A stretch of 32,000 bases of DNA from Clostridium estertheticum (GCF_011065935.2 NZ_JAAMNH020000001.1:1658489-1690488), one strand, 5' to 3'. Positions 8,366 to 18,184 are shown, counted from the first letter of the stretch. Notes: a model not told the origin generated them from the letters alone. Numbers and translations are program-made.

Positions 8366-8920
8366 TTAAACTAATTTGGATTCTAATTCACTTAATAATT
8401 TAACATATTTATCTTGAAGTCTATTTTTCGTAGCCTCATTTTCTACATCGAAGCATTGAGCATCTATTTCTTCTAACTGCTCTTTACTTAATCTTTTTTG
8501 AGCGAAAGTATAAATAGCGGTATCTTCCTTTTCGATATGCCTATGAAGTAAGTCAGTGTAAGCTATAGCATTGGCAATTATATCAACTCTTGAGTCAATA
8601 TCTCCATCTTTAAATTTACCTAAGGCTACTTCTAGATTTCCCATAAAAAGCCTACCTAAATCATGTTCAACTAGCATTCCCATAATAGGACCCTTTTCTA
8701 TTCGTTCCCCTAAAACTTCACTCATTTTTTTAAAAAGAATAACCTCTTCCTTATTATGATGGTGTTTATCCGCATAATTTCTTACAAAGTCAATAACACT
8801 ATTAAAGTCATTATAATCAACGGCTTCATTGTTAAGTACTTTAATAGAAAATTTTCTAACTACAACCAACATTCTTTTTATAATTTTATGTTCTTCCATC
8901 ATTAGATCTATAGCATTCAT
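8366..8920 (-). CDS. Hemerythrin-like (HHE cation-binding) domain protein
   Basis: MEEHKIIKRML...ADKHHHNKEEVILF...VEHDLGR...LHRHIEKED shows the His/Glu-rich four-helix hemerythrin pattern. Confidence 0.75.
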   Translation of the reverse strand: MNAIDLMMEEHKIIKRMLVVVRKFSIKVLNNEAVDYNDFNSVIDFVRNYADKHHHNKEEVILFKKMSEVLGERIEKGPIMGMLVEHDLGRLFMGNLEVALGKFKDGDIDSRVDIIANAIAYTDLLHRHIEKEDTAIYTFAQKRLSKEQLEEIDAQCFDVENEATKNRLQDKYVKLLSELESKLV

Positions 8921-8964
8921 ATATATCCTGGTTTCTTAAACCTAAACATATCTTAAATTTAAGT

Positions 8965-9126
8965 TTAAAAACCAGTATTCACCTCACTTTCTATTTTTTC
9001 AAGTTCCACTTGCAGATATTTTTTACCTTGCATAACATGCATTGGATGTGTAAGACATAGACTCTTACTTTTAATTTTGGTTAAATATCCATCCATCATC
9101 TGCAACTCTTTGCCAAAAGTTTTCAT
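8965..9126 (-). CDS. Small ORF (53 aa) with its start overlapping the stop of the HNH gene (ATGA)
   Basis: Hand translation gives MKTFGKELQMMDGYLTKIKSKSLCLTHPMHVMQGKKYLQVELEKIESEVNTGF. The ATG at 9126 overlaps the TGA at 9123-9125. It could instead be a frameshifted continuation of the HNH gene. Confidence 0.3.
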   Translation of the reverse strand: MKTFGKELQMMDGYLTKIKSKSLCLTHPMHVMQGKKYLQVELEKIESEVNTGF

Positions 9127-9344
9127 GTGCATTTTTCGCATAGAGTTACACCATTATAAATACTATCTGCTCCACCACTATTTTTGGGTTTAGCGTGGTG
9201 CATTTGAAGTTTGATGTTAGAATTACAGTCTACGCATTTAAAGCCATCTCTCATAAATACAGCTAATCTGATATTATTATCAAGTCTATTTGACTTTTGA
9301 TACTGCCAGTTTGGTAGCTCCTCGTATAATAATTCTAGATGCAT
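9123..9344 (-). CDS. Small standalone HNH endonuclease domain protein (73 aa; C-terminus ends abruptly)
   Basis: RDGFKCVDCNS...LQMHHAKPKNSGGADSIYNGVTLCEKC gives CxxC ... HH ... N ... CxxC, the HNH zinc-finger nuclease signature. The stop falls exactly where the usual His after the second CxxC is expected. Confidence 0.7.
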   Translation of the reverse strand: MHLELLYEELPNWQYQKSNRLDNNIRLAVFMRDGFKCVDCNSNIKLQMHHAKPKNSGGADSIYNGVTLCEKCT

Positions 9345-9375
9345 AAATTGATAATTATTATCAATTATAAATATA

Positions 9376-9510
9376 TCATATAAAATTATCTAGTAAGGTG
9401 ATATCTTCTATAGATTTTAAAAGATATGCCCCTCCACCTCCAGGATTTACATTAACGAGTCCAGCCTTCTTTAGCATTCCAATTACTCTCCGAATAAATA
9501 TTTCATTACA
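9376..9510 (-). pseudogene. Remnant of an Rrf2-family (IscR/CymR-like) transcriptional regulator
   Basis: Hand translation gives CNEIFIRRVIGMLKKAGLVNVNPGGGGAYLLKSIEDITLLDNFI, bounded by stops on both sides. It matches the Rrf2 wHTH core pattern (IRR..g.LkkAGLV...rG.gGG..L....eeITLlD) but lacks the N-terminal roughly 40 aa and the C-terminal dimerisation/cluster region. Confidence 0.6.
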
Positions 9511-9540
9511 TTAGCTATCAATATTTAAAACTCCATATAA

Positions 9541-9573
9541 TTGTTCTTTGTATTTTAATATACAAAGAACAAA
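9541..9573 (-). terminator. Terminator of the suf operon
   Basis: Stem ttgttctttgtat / atacaaagaacaa with a short AT loop, about 20 nt after the sufU stop. Confidence 0.7.
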
Positions 9574-9594
9574 ATAGCATGCTATATTTCTCTT

Positions 9595-10017
9595 CTATTC
9601 TATGCATCCTTTTAAAGTATGCCATGCAAGCACCGCACATTTTACTCTGGCAGGCATATTAGATATATTCTTTAATGCAATAGCATCCTCTAGCTTTTCT
9701 AATTCTTTATCATCTGTTACTTCTCTTTTTATCATTCCAATAAAAGTATTTACAAGTTCTAGTGCTTCAGCCTTGCTCTTTCGTTTAATTAAATCTATCA
9801 TCATAGAAGTTGATGCCTGGGATATTGCGCAGCCAGTTCCACTAAATGCTGCCTCCTCTATAATATCACCATTAAATTTTAACTCTAAAGTGATTTCATC
9901 TCCACAGCTTGGATTATGCCCTACCTCAGAACAATCTGCATGTTCTAAATATCTTCTATTATGACCACTTTGATTATGCTCCATTATAAGCTCTGAATAA
10001 ATTGAATTAAGATCCAT
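9595..10017 (-). CDS. sufU: SUF-system Fe-S cluster assembly scaffold/sulfur acceptor SufU (NifU/IscU-like)
   Basis: GHNPSCGDEITL...GTGCAISQASTSMM...RVKCAVLAWHTL are the conserved SufU Cys/Asp ligands. It is the last gene of the suf operon and overlaps the sufS stop. Confidence 0.9.
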   Translation of the reverse strand: MDLNSIYSELIMEHNQSGHNRRYLEHADCSEVGHNPSCGDEITLELKFNGDIIEEAAFSGTGCAISQASTSMMIDLIKRKSKAEALELVNTFIGMIKREVTDDKELEKLEDAIALKNISNMPARVKCAVLAWHTLKGCIE

Positions 10018-11245
10018 ATCCTAACCACTTCCTCACATTTTTAATACTTTCAACAAATACATCAATCTCCTCTTTTGTATTGTAGAAATAAAAGCTTATT
10101 CTAGAGGATGAATTTAAGTTTAAATACCGCATAAGAGGCTGTGCACAGTGGTGACCTGCTCTAAGAGCCACTCCATAGGTATCCACAATACTTGCCACAT
10201 CATGTGGATGAACTCCTTCTAATGTAAAAGAAATTACTCCACATCTCTTTTCCACATCCTTGCTACCTAATACCGTTATATATGGTAGCTCTCTTAGTTT
10301 CTCTAAAGCATATTCCATTAACTCTTTTTCTCTATACTGAATAAAATCCATGCCTATTTCATTTATATAATCAATAGCTGCTGCAAGACCTACTGCTCCT
10401 TCTACATTTTGCGTACCTGCCTCAAACTTGTATGGTAGCTCTGCAAAAGTGGCTTTATCTTCCCAAACATATTCAATCATATCTCCACCTCTTAAAAATG
10501 GAGGCATTGTTTTTAATAATTCTTCTTTTCCATATAATACTCCTATTCCCATTGGTGCAAGCATCTTATGACCTGAAAACACAATAAAATCTGCATCTAA
10601 TTCTTGTACATCCACCTTCATATGTGGTACGCTTTGAGCGCCGTCCACAATTACTACTGCACCTTTTTCATGGGCATAAGCTGTAATCTCCTTTATTGGA
10701 TTTATAGTACCTAGCACATTAGAAACTTGCGCAACACCTACCAGCTTTGTTTTATTTGTTATTTTCCTTTTTATTTCCTCAAAAGGAATTTCTCCATTTT
10801 GATCTACATACATATACTTTAAAATGGCACCCTTAGAAGCAGCCACATGCTGCCAAGGAAGTATATTACTGTGGTGTTCACTAATAGAAAGAACTATTTC
10901 ATCACCCTCTTCAATAAAGGTCATTCCATAGGAATAAGCCAATAAATTTAATGCCTCGGTAGTGTTTTTAGTAAATATCACTTCCTTTGAACTTCTTGCA
11001 TTAATAAAGCTTGTTACCTTTTCTCTGGCATTCTCATAAGCTTCCGTAGCTGCAACACTTAAATGATGAGCTCCTCTATGAGGGTTAGCATTTATTTCTT
11101 TGTAATATTCTCTTATAGCCTTTATTACTCTTTGGGGTTTATGTGTGGTTGCTCCATTATCTAAATAAACTAAGTTTTTACCGTTAACCTTTTGTGATAA
11201 TATGGGAAAATCACTTCTTATTTTTTCTATACTTATATTATTCAT
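10007..11245 (-). CDS. sufS: Cysteine desulfurase SufS (class II aminotransferase V)
   Basis: LDNGATTHKP, the PLP-Lys region FSGHKMLAPMGIGVLYGK, and the active-site loop RAGHHCAQPL. Confidence 0.92.
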   Translation of the reverse strand: MNNISIEKIRSDFPILSQKVNGKNLVYLDNGATTHKPQRVIKAIREYYKEINANPHRGAHHLSVAATEAYENAREKVTSFINARSSKEVIFTKNTTEALNLLAYSYGMTFIEEGDEIVLSISEHHSNILPWQHVAASKGAILKYMYVDQNGEIPFEEIKRKITNKTKLVGVAQVSNVLGTINPIKEITAYAHEKGAVVIVDGAQSVPHMKVDVQELDADFIVFSGHKMLAPMGIGVLYGKEELLKTMPPFLRGGDMIEYVWEDKATFAELPYKFEAGTQNVEGAVGLAAAIDYINEIGMDFIQYREKELMEYALEKLRELPYITVLGSKDVEKRCGVISFTLEGVHPHDVASIVDTYGVALRAGHHCAQPLMRYLNLNSSSRISFYFYNTKEEIDVFVESIKNVRKWLGYGS

Positions 11246-12344
11246 AAACTAATCTCTCCTGCATTACCGCTTCTATTCTTACCTTCAATTCCTCCACAGG
11301 GATTAAATCTATAATAGGTCTGAAGGAAGCTTCTACTATAATCTTCTTTGCCTCTTTTTCACTGAAACCTCTACTCATAAGATAAAATAGCTTGTTTTCA
11401 TCAATTTTACCAGCACTAGCTGCATGCTTACCTTCTACATCATCTTCTCCACAAATTAGCAGTGGAATAGCATCAGATTTAACATTTTTGTTTAATAGTA
11501 TCGCATACTCCTCTTCTGATCCTTTTGCCCTTGATGCACCCTTTTTAAAATCAATAGTACCTCTGAACACTTTTTTAGCTTCGTCCTTTAAAGCTCCTCT
11601 GCATTCTATATTACTTACACTTCTTCGTCCAAAATGATTCATTATATAACTGATATCTACATAACTTTTCTTATCTGCTAAGTAGATAGATTTAACATTG
11701 GCTTCACTACTTGTTTCTTCTAGGTTTGTTACATAATTTGTTACAGTCTTTTCTCCCCCTAATTCTATTGAAATGTAATTCACCTTCGCTCCATGGCCAA
11801 CATAAGCTACATTAGAATCAAAATGCTGAGAAAATTTATTCATCCTTTGAACCTTTATAACATTTACAACTGCTCCATCTTTTGCATATATCTTCGTTAA
11901 CCCATTATGAAAAACCAAGGTTTCATCCTCTGTTAAATATTCCATAACCACAGTTATTTCACTGTTTTCCTCAGCAATAATTAGGTTATTATCTATTATT
12001 ACCTCATTTTCTTTATCTCCATAAAACTCTATTTGTATAGGTTTTAATAATCTTTCTCCTTGAGGAGCATGTATTAGCACTCCTGTATTATTTGAGTTTC
12101 TTGCTAATAGCACTAATTCTTCTGATACTCCATATTTTTCTTTATTAAAATATGACTCAATAAAATCATAATTAACCTTTTTTATATTTGTTTCTTGTAC
12201 TAAAACACCTGCAAAATCATCCTGTTTAATAACAGCTTTATTGTATTTAGGAACATTAGGCATATGAAAGTCCTTTAATTTATATTCATTTACACCTAAC
12301 CATCTCCAGGTTGTTACCGGCAATTTATTTAATGCTAAATCCAT
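11238..12344 (-). CDS. sufD: Fe-S cluster assembly protein SufD
   Basis: Beta-helix SufB/SufD family protein positioned between sufB and sufS. The C-terminus is EDDVEGKHAASAGKIDENKLFYLMSRGFSEKEAKKII. Confidence 0.88.
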   Translation of the reverse strand: MDLALNKLPVTTWRWLGVNEYKLKDFHMPNVPKYNKAVIKQDDFAGVLVQETNIKKVNYDFIESYFNKEKYGVSEELVLLARNSNNTGVLIHAPQGERLLKPIQIEFYGDKENEVIIDNNLIIAEENSEITVVMEYLTEDETLVFHNGLTKIYAKDGAVVNVIKVQRMNKFSQHFDSNVAYVGHGAKVNYISIELGGEKTVTNYVTNLEETSSEANVKSIYLADKKSYVDISYIMNHFGRRSVSNIECRGALKDEAKKVFRGTIDFKKGASRAKGSEEEYAILLNKNVKSDAIPLLICGEDDVEGKHAASAGKIDENKLFYLMSRGFSEKEAKKIIVEASFRPIIDLIPVEELKVRIEAVMQERLVYE

Positions 12345-12357
12345 GTTTCACCCTCCT

Positions 12358-13776
12358 TTATCCAATTGTTCCTTGTAGCTCCAGCCTAATTAAATTATTC
12401 ATTTCAACAGCATATTCCAATGGAAGCTCCTTAGCGATAGGCTCTACAAACCCTCTTACAATCATGGCCTTTGCCTCTTCCTCACTAATTCCTCTACTCA
12501 TTAAATAGAATATTGTCTCATCACTAATTCTTCCAATCTTAGCTTCATGACCTAGATCAACTTCGTCGTTCAATATATCTATTACTGGAATAGTATCTGA
12601 TTTTGATTTATTATCAAGCATAAGTGACTCACAAGAAACTGTGGATTTGCTGTGATGAGCATTTGATGCTACCTTTACTACCCCTCTATAAAGCGCTACT
12701 CCTCCATCCTTTGAAATTGATTTAGAATTTATATTTGAAGAAGTATATGGCGCAGCATGAAGAACCTTAGCCCCTGTATCAAGGTGTTGACCCTTTCCTG
12801 CAAAAGTAATACCAGTGAACTCCACCCTTGCACCTTCTCCTTTTAAAATACTCATAGGATATAGCATAGATACCTTTGAACCAAAGGAACCTGACACCCA
12901 TTCTATAGTTCCATTTTTCTCAACAATAGCTCTTTTTGTATTTAAGTTATACATGTTCTTTGACCAATTTTCTATAGTGCTATATCTAAGAGTTGCATCT
13001 TCCTTCACATAAAGCTCTACACAGCCAGCATGAAGGTTAGCTACCGAATACTTTGGTGCTGAACACCCTTCTATAAAATGAAGCTTTGCTCCCTTTTCAA
13101 CGATTATTAATGTGTGTTCAAATTGACCTGCACCAGGTGCATTTAAACGAAAGTAAGATTGAAGAGGCATATCCACCTGAACTCCCTCTGGCACATAAAC
13201 AAAGGAGCCTCCTGACCACACAGCGCCGTGAAGAGCTGCAAATTTATGGTCACTCGGAGGTACACATTTCATAAAATACTCTTTTATTATTGGTTCATAC
13301 TCCCTAATTGCCGTTTCCATATCTGTATATACAACACCTTGTTTGGTTAATTCTTCTTTAATACTGTGATATACCACCTCTGAATCATATTGAGCACCTA
13401 CACCTGCTAAAGATTTTCTCTCTGCTTCAGGAATTCCCAATCTCTCGAAGGTATTCTTAATATCCTCTGGCACCTCACTCCACTTATTCTTCATTGATGT
13501 ATTTGGCTTTACATAAGTTACTATATTGTCTATATTTAGCTCGCTTATATCCGGTCCCCAGCTTGGTAGCTCCATTTGATTATATATCTCTAGAGATTTT
13601 AATCTAAAATCCGTCATCCACTTAGGCTCTTTCTTTTCTCTTGATATATCCTTTATTATGTCTGAGGTTAATCCATTATTGGTTTTATAACTATAACGAA
13701 CTTCATTTTTTATATCATAAATACCTCTATCTAATTCCTCTACATATGTTCTTTTTCTTTCTTCCATTTTTCTCAC
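12358..13776 (-). CDS. sufB: Fe-S cluster assembly protein SufB
   Basis: 472 aa with highly conserved SufB stretches (GVVYTDMETAIREYEPI, HTLIIVEKGAKLHFIEGCSAP, LGHEAKIGRISDETIFYLMSRGISEEEA). Confidence 0.95.
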   Translation of the reverse strand: MRKMEERKRTYVEELDRGIYDIKNEVRYSYKTNNGLTSDIIKDISREKKEPKWMTDFRLKSLEIYNQMELPSWGPDISELNIDNIVTYVKPNTSMKNKWSEVPEDIKNTFERLGIPEAERKSLAGVGAQYDSEVVYHSIKEELTKQGVVYTDMETAIREYEPIIKEYFMKCVPPSDHKFAALHGAVWSGGSFVYVPEGVQVDMPLQSYFRLNAPGAGQFEHTLIIVEKGAKLHFIEGCSAPKYSVANLHAGCVELYVKEDATLRYSTIENWSKNMYNLNTKRAIVEKNGTIEWVSGSFGSKVSMLYPMSILKGEGARVEFTGITFAGKGQHLDTGAKVLHAAPYTSSNINSKSISKDGGVALYRGVVKVASNAHHSKSTVSCESLMLDNKSKSDTIPVIDILNDEVDLGHEAKIGRISDETIFYLMSRGISEEEAKAMIVRGFVEPIAKELPLEYAVEMNNLIRLELQGTIG

Positions 13777-13784
13777 ATCCTTTA

Positions 13785-14540
13785 TTAAGAATTTTTTTCC
13801 TTAAGAAACTCATATCCTTTGATCTCTATCTCTTTCGCTAAAGAGAAATCGCCGGTTCTAACTATTTTCCCATCTATAAGCACATGTACATAATCTGGTT
13901 TTAAATAATCTAATATCTTATTATGATGTGTAATAATTAGAAAAGCATTTTCTTCATTAGCCAGCATACTTACACCCTTTGATACTACCTTTATTGCATC
14001 TACATCTAGTCCTGAATCTGCTTCATCTAAAATAGTTAACTTAGGCTCTAGTATAGCCATTTGGAGAATTTCATTCTTTTTCTTTTCTCCCCCGGAAAAG
14101 CCTACATTTAAATATCTGCTAGCATACTCTTCCTTCATATCTAAAAGCTCCATCTTTTCTTTTAGCTTTTTCTTAAATTCCATTAACCTAATAGGTTTAC
14201 CTTCCAAGGAATTTTTAGCTGTTCTTAAAAAGTTTTCTACAGTAACTCCTGTTAGCTCTTCTGGATACTGAAATGATAAAAATATACCTTTTTTAGCTCT
14301 TTCATTAGGCTTTAATTCATTAATGTTTTCACCTTGGAAAATCATTTCCCCATTTGCAATGCTGTATTTTGGATGACCCATAATAGTATTAGCTAAGGTA
14401 GATTTACCTGCTCCATTTGGTCCCATAATTACATGTATTTCGCCCTTATTTATTTCTAAATTTAATCCCTTTAATATCTCTTTTTGTTCAACCTTTGTAT
14501 GTAAAGCTTTTATTTCTAATAGCTTATCTGTCATAACCAC
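13785..14540 (-). CDS. sufC: Fe-S cluster assembly ATPase SufC
   Basis: Walker A GPNGAGKST, ABC signature FSGGEKKKNEI, Walker B ILDEADSGLD. It is the first gene of the operon. Confidence 0.95.
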   Translation of the reverse strand: MVMTDKLLEIKALHTKVEQKEILKGLNLEINKGEIHVIMGPNGAGKSTLANTIMGHPKYSIANGEMIFQGENINELKPNERAKKGIFLSFQYPEELTGVTVENFLRTAKNSLEGKPIRLMEFKKKLKEKMELLDMKEEYASRYLNVGFSGGEKKKNEILQMAILEPKLTILDEADSGLDVDAIKVVSKGVSMLANEENAFLIITHHNKILDYLKPDYVHVLIDGKIVRTGDFSLAKEIEIKGYEFLKEKNS

Positions 14541-14758
14541 ACTCTCCTCACCAATTATTTATAACATTATATATTTAAATTCATACTGTTTTACTCTGAT
14601 TTATACTTATATAATACTATTTTACTCTGAATTAATCAAAAACCATATTTTCTACTCTTACCCTAAAAAAATAGATTTCCACGGTATTTACTCGAATTCT
14701 CTTAATATTACTAATAATTTTCGTTATTTACCTAAGTTTCATACAAACAAAAAAAATA

Positions 14759-14784
14759 GATGTCCCATTTTTTTATGGGACATC
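14759..14784 (-). terminator. Hairpin terminator-like element upstream of the suf promoter region
   Basis: gatgtccca / tgggacatc with an 8-nt loop. The U-run is on the minus-strand side only (aaaaaaaata on plus). Confidence 0.5.
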
Positions 14785-14969
14785 CTCATTTATCATAATA
14801 GTTATGCTAAATTTAGTACTATTGCTTTTAATATTTTAATTATACCAATTGCTATGATTGTATTTAAAGAAAAGGTATCAGTAAAAGAGCTTGAAAGTCA
14901 CTCGGTCAAAATTCCATACATAACTATATATAATACTCATACATGGGCCACCTCAACGTTAATTATAAG

Positions 14970-15013
14970 CACACTAAAAAACAGGAATAACACCTCTTTT
15001 TAGTGTGTTTTTT
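14970..15013 (+). terminator. Rho-independent terminator following a short gene remnant
   Basis: cacactaaaaa / tttttagtgtg followed by tttttt. Confidence 0.6.
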
Positions 15014-15196
15014 ATGTTAGACATTGGTCTAATGGATTTTAGTACTGAAAAATTAAATTCAATAATTTAACAATAAATAACATAAAATAAGGAATATTGA
15101 TGATATAATTTAATTATACTTTATTAATAGTAAAATAGCACTTTAGCTAACAGTTGAGTGCTTTATAAGTAAATTCACGAAAAGGAGGTCGGTATT

Positions 15197-15925
15197 ATGA
15201 CAATTAATTACGCACACAGAGGTGCAAGTGAATATTACCCGGAAAATACAATGCTTTCCTTTGAAAAAGCACTAGAAATGGGAGCTACAGGCATAGAAAC
15301 AGACGTACAGGTAACAAAGGATGGTGTATTAGTACTTATTCATGACGAAATGGTAAATAGGACAACTAATGGAGAGGGATTTGTAAAGGACTATACCTAT
15401 AAGGAACTAAACAAATTAGATGCTGGATCTTGGATGGGCGAAGAATTTGCAGGGGCTAAAATTCCTACAGTTGAGCAGTTAATTTACCTAACTTTGGATA
15501 AAAATATTATTATTAATTTTGAAATTAAAAATGGAATAGTAATATATGAAGATATTGAACAAAAACTTATTGATTTAATTTATAAGCATAAAATAAATCG
15601 TAAAGTTATTTTGTCTAGTTTTAATCACTACTCTATAGCTAAGTGTAATAAAATATCCAAGGGAATTAATACAGGAGTATTGTATATGGAAGGGATTTAT
15701 AAGCCATATAATTATGCAAGCACTGTTGGGGCAAATGCTATTCATCCGTATTTTCTTGCCATAAATGAGGAAGTAATAAAAGAAACCAAAAAGCACAAAA
15801 CTCAAATAAATGTGTTCACAGTGGATGATGAAGAGAAAATGAAGTTTTTCTTAGATATGAAGGTTGAGGGTATTATAACTAATTGTCCTGATAAGCTCCA
15901 TAAAATAATGGCAGACAACTATTAG
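15197..15925 (+). CDS. Glycerophosphodiester phosphodiesterase (GDPD family, cytoplasmic type)
   Basis: INYAHRGASEYYPENTMLSFEKA...GIETDVQVTKDGVLVLIHD are the canonical GDPD catalytic His/Arg/Glu/Asp motifs. SD aaaggagg lies upstream. Confidence 0.9.
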   Translation: MTINYAHRGASEYYPENTMLSFEKALEMGATGIETDVQVTKDGVLVLIHDEMVNRTTNGEGFVKDYTYKELNKLDAGSWMGEEFAGAKIPTVEQLIYLTLDKNIIINFEIKNGIVIYEDIEQKLIDLIYKHKINRKVILSSFNHYSIAKCNKISKGINTGVLYMEGIYKPYNYASTVGANAIHPYFLAINEEVIKETKKHKTQINVFTVDDEEKMKFFLDMKVEGIITNCPDKLHKIMADNY

Positions 15926-16007
15926 CAATTGATATCTGCCAAAGAGTAGATTAATGTACAAAATAATTAGTATTTGTTTTGTACTCTAGATCATCAAAAG
16001 GAGGATT

Positions 16008-17201
16008 ATGAAAAAACTGGATTATAAGAAAGTTTTTTTGCTAGGAATAGGCTTTTTTGCAATTAGTGTTACTTGGTCCATATATAACGCTTTTGTTCCT
16101 AAAATATTAAGTAATTTTATAAGTAGTACCACAATAATAGGATTTATTATGACTATAGATAATTATTTTGCCTTGTTTTTGCAGCCGGCAGTTGGGATAT
16201 TAAGTGATAAGGTTGATACAAAGCATGGAAAGAGAATGCCTTTCATAATGGTAGGTATGCCACTATCCGTAGTATTTATAATACTTGTGGCAAATTATAA
16301 AAATTTGCCTATGCTAATAACATTCATAGTACTTATGAACCTTTCTATGAGTATTTTCAGAGCGCCAGTTGTAGCCCTAATGCCTGATATAACTGCAAAG
16401 GAAAATAGAAGCAAGGCAAATAGCATAATAAATTTAATGGGTGGAATAGGGTCAGTTATAGCATATATTGTAGGGTCTAAGCTGTGGGATATAAACGAAA
16501 AATACCCCTTCTACCTTGCTGCTATATTAATGTGTTTTTCTTTTATTCTACTTTTTAATTCTATAAAAGAGAGACGGGATGTAGCACATTATGAAAAAGA
16601 TGAAGCAGCAAATAAAGGATTTGTACAAAGTATAAAGGAAGCTGTTAAAAATAAGAGTGTACTATTTTTACTATTGGCTATATGTAGTTGGTTTATAGGT
16701 TTTGCAGGGATAGAGACATTATTTACACTGTATGGTGAGAAATATTTAGGTATAAAGACAAGTGCAGCTGCATTTTCATTTACTTTCATTTCAATTGCAT
16801 TCTTGATATCTGCAATTCCAGCAGGAATCTTGGGAACTAAGTATGGAAAGAAAAAAACAATTACGGCTGGTATAGTTGGTATTGTTGTGAGCTTTTTAAT
16901 TATAGCTTTTATGAGAAATATTCTATATATAAGAGGGATGTTTTTAATATGTGGATTTTTCTGGGCTCTAATTAATATAAATTCCTATCCATTTGTTACT
17001 GATATGGCGCCCAAAGGTAAAATAGGCACATTTACTGGACTTTATTATCTTACCGCCTCTGTAGCAGCTATAGTATCACCGCCACTTTTAGGTTTTATGA
17101 TCGATTTATTAGGTTATAAATATATGTTCTTTTATGGAGCTATATTTTTCCTTATAGCTATAATATTTATTAATAAGGTCAAAATTGAAAGTGTGGACTA
17201 G
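16008..17201 (+). CDS. MFS transporter (12-TM, GPH/sugar-like), probably in an operon with the GDPD gene
   Basis: 397 aa, polytopic, with an MFS loop motif (DKVDTKHGKRMPFIMVG). SD aaaggagg lies upstream and a terminator follows. Confidence 0.8.
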   Translation: MKKLDYKKVFLLGIGFFAISVTWSIYNAFVPKILSNFISSTTIIGFIMTIDNYFALFLQPAVGILSDKVDTKHGKRMPFIMVGMPLSVVFIILVANYKNLPMLITFIVLMNLSMSIFRAPVVALMPDITAKENRSKANSIINLMGGIGSVIAYIVGSKLWDINEKYPFYLAAILMCFSFILLFNSIKERRDVAHYEKDEAANKGFVQSIKEAVKNKSVLFLLLAICSWFIGFAGIETLFTLYGEKYLGIKTSAAAFSFTFISIAFLISAIPAGILGTKYGKKKTITAGIVGIVVSFLIIAFMRNILYIRGMFLICGFFWALININSYPFVTDMAPKGKIGTFTGLYYLTASVAAIVSPPLLGFMIDLLGYKYMFFYGAIFFLIAIIFINKVKIESVD

Positions 17202-17229
17202 ATAAAATATTTTTATTAATTGATATTGT

Positions 17230-17273
17230 AAAAGAATGTAGGGTGCAAACATAGTTGTGCAGTACATTCTTTT
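17230..17273 (+). terminator. Rho-independent terminator of the GDPD-MFS unit
   Basis: aaaagaatgta ... tacattctttt followed by a T-run. Confidence 0.7.
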
Positions 17274-17408
17274 TTATTTACTAGAAAATTGTAAAATTTA
17301 AAAAACATGTTAATTAAAATTGTTATTAATATGACACCGTTTATATAAAAAATCATGATATTATATAGATAAAATTGATATCTAAAACAGGAAAGGCTAG
17401 GGGGAATT

Positions 17409-18170
17409 ATGAAAAATAAGGGCAATATTTATTTAGCTTTAGGTCTATTATGTGAAATTTACTTTATAGGAACAATAATATTTGGCGGGAGAGTAACTTT
17501 TGCTGAGTTTTATCTTGGGCTGGGAGTATTATTAATAACAATAGGATTAATTAAACGGAAAAGTAAAAAAGAATATATTTTAATAAGACCAGGAAAGACT
17601 CGAACGGCAATAAAAATTTGTTTTATTATTGGACTAGCTTCTTTTGTAGTTATTGAGGGATGTATAATTCAATCAGCTATATCAAAGCATAGAGACAGAA
17701 GTGATTACCTAGTGATTTTAGGGGCTGGACTTAGAGGAGAAGTTCCGTCAACTGCACTTTATCAAAGACTTTATGCAAGTCTGGAATATATTGAAATCAA
17801 TCCTAAGGTTAAGATAGTAGTTTCAGGGGGGAAGGGTTCTGGCGAAAGTATTACTGAAGCAGAGGCTATGAAAAGATTTTTAATAAAACATGGAGTAGCG
17901 GAGGAACAAATAATAAAGGAAGAAAAGTCCACCAGTACTTTAGAGAATATGAAATTCACAGCGGCGGTCTTAAGTGGATTAGATAAAAGTGGGAATATAG
18001 AAGTAACTATTGTAACAAATAATTTTCATATGTTTAGAGCTAAATTTTTAGCACAAAGACAGGGCTTAAAGGTATATGGGTATCCTGCGCCACTTCATCC
18101 AATGCTAGTACCTACTTGCTTTGTTCGGGAGTATTTAGCAGTGATAAATTCATTTATATTTGATAAATAA
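17409..18170 (+). CDS. YdcF/DUF218 family membrane-anchored protein (SanA/ElyC-like)
   Basis: N-terminal TM helices followed by the DUF218 core: YLVILGAGLRGEVPSTALYQRL...IVVSGGKGSGESITEAEAMKRFL...EEKSTSTLENM. Confidence 0.8.
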   Translation: MKNKGNIYLALGLLCEIYFIGTIIFGGRVTFAEFYLGLGVLLITIGLIKRKSKKEYILIRPGKTRTAIKICFIIGLASFVVIEGCIIQSAISKHRDRSDYLVILGAGLRGEVPSTALYQRLYASLEYIEINPKVKIVVSGGKGSGESITEAEAMKRFLIKHGVAEEQIIKEEKSTSTLENMKFTAAVLSGLDKSGNIEVTIVTNNFHMFRAKFLAQRQGLKVYGYPAPLHPMLVPTCFVREYLAVINSFIFDK

Positions 18171-18184
18171 CTTCGGACTGAAAA

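Noticed and set aside
9514-9594. Extension of the Rrf2 remnant up to the sufU stop (KRNIACYFVLCILKYKEQLYGVLNIDS loosely resembles an Rrf2 N-terminus).
   Set aside because: There is no start codon, and most of that frame is encoded by the palindromic suf terminator. The resemblance is too weak to claim.
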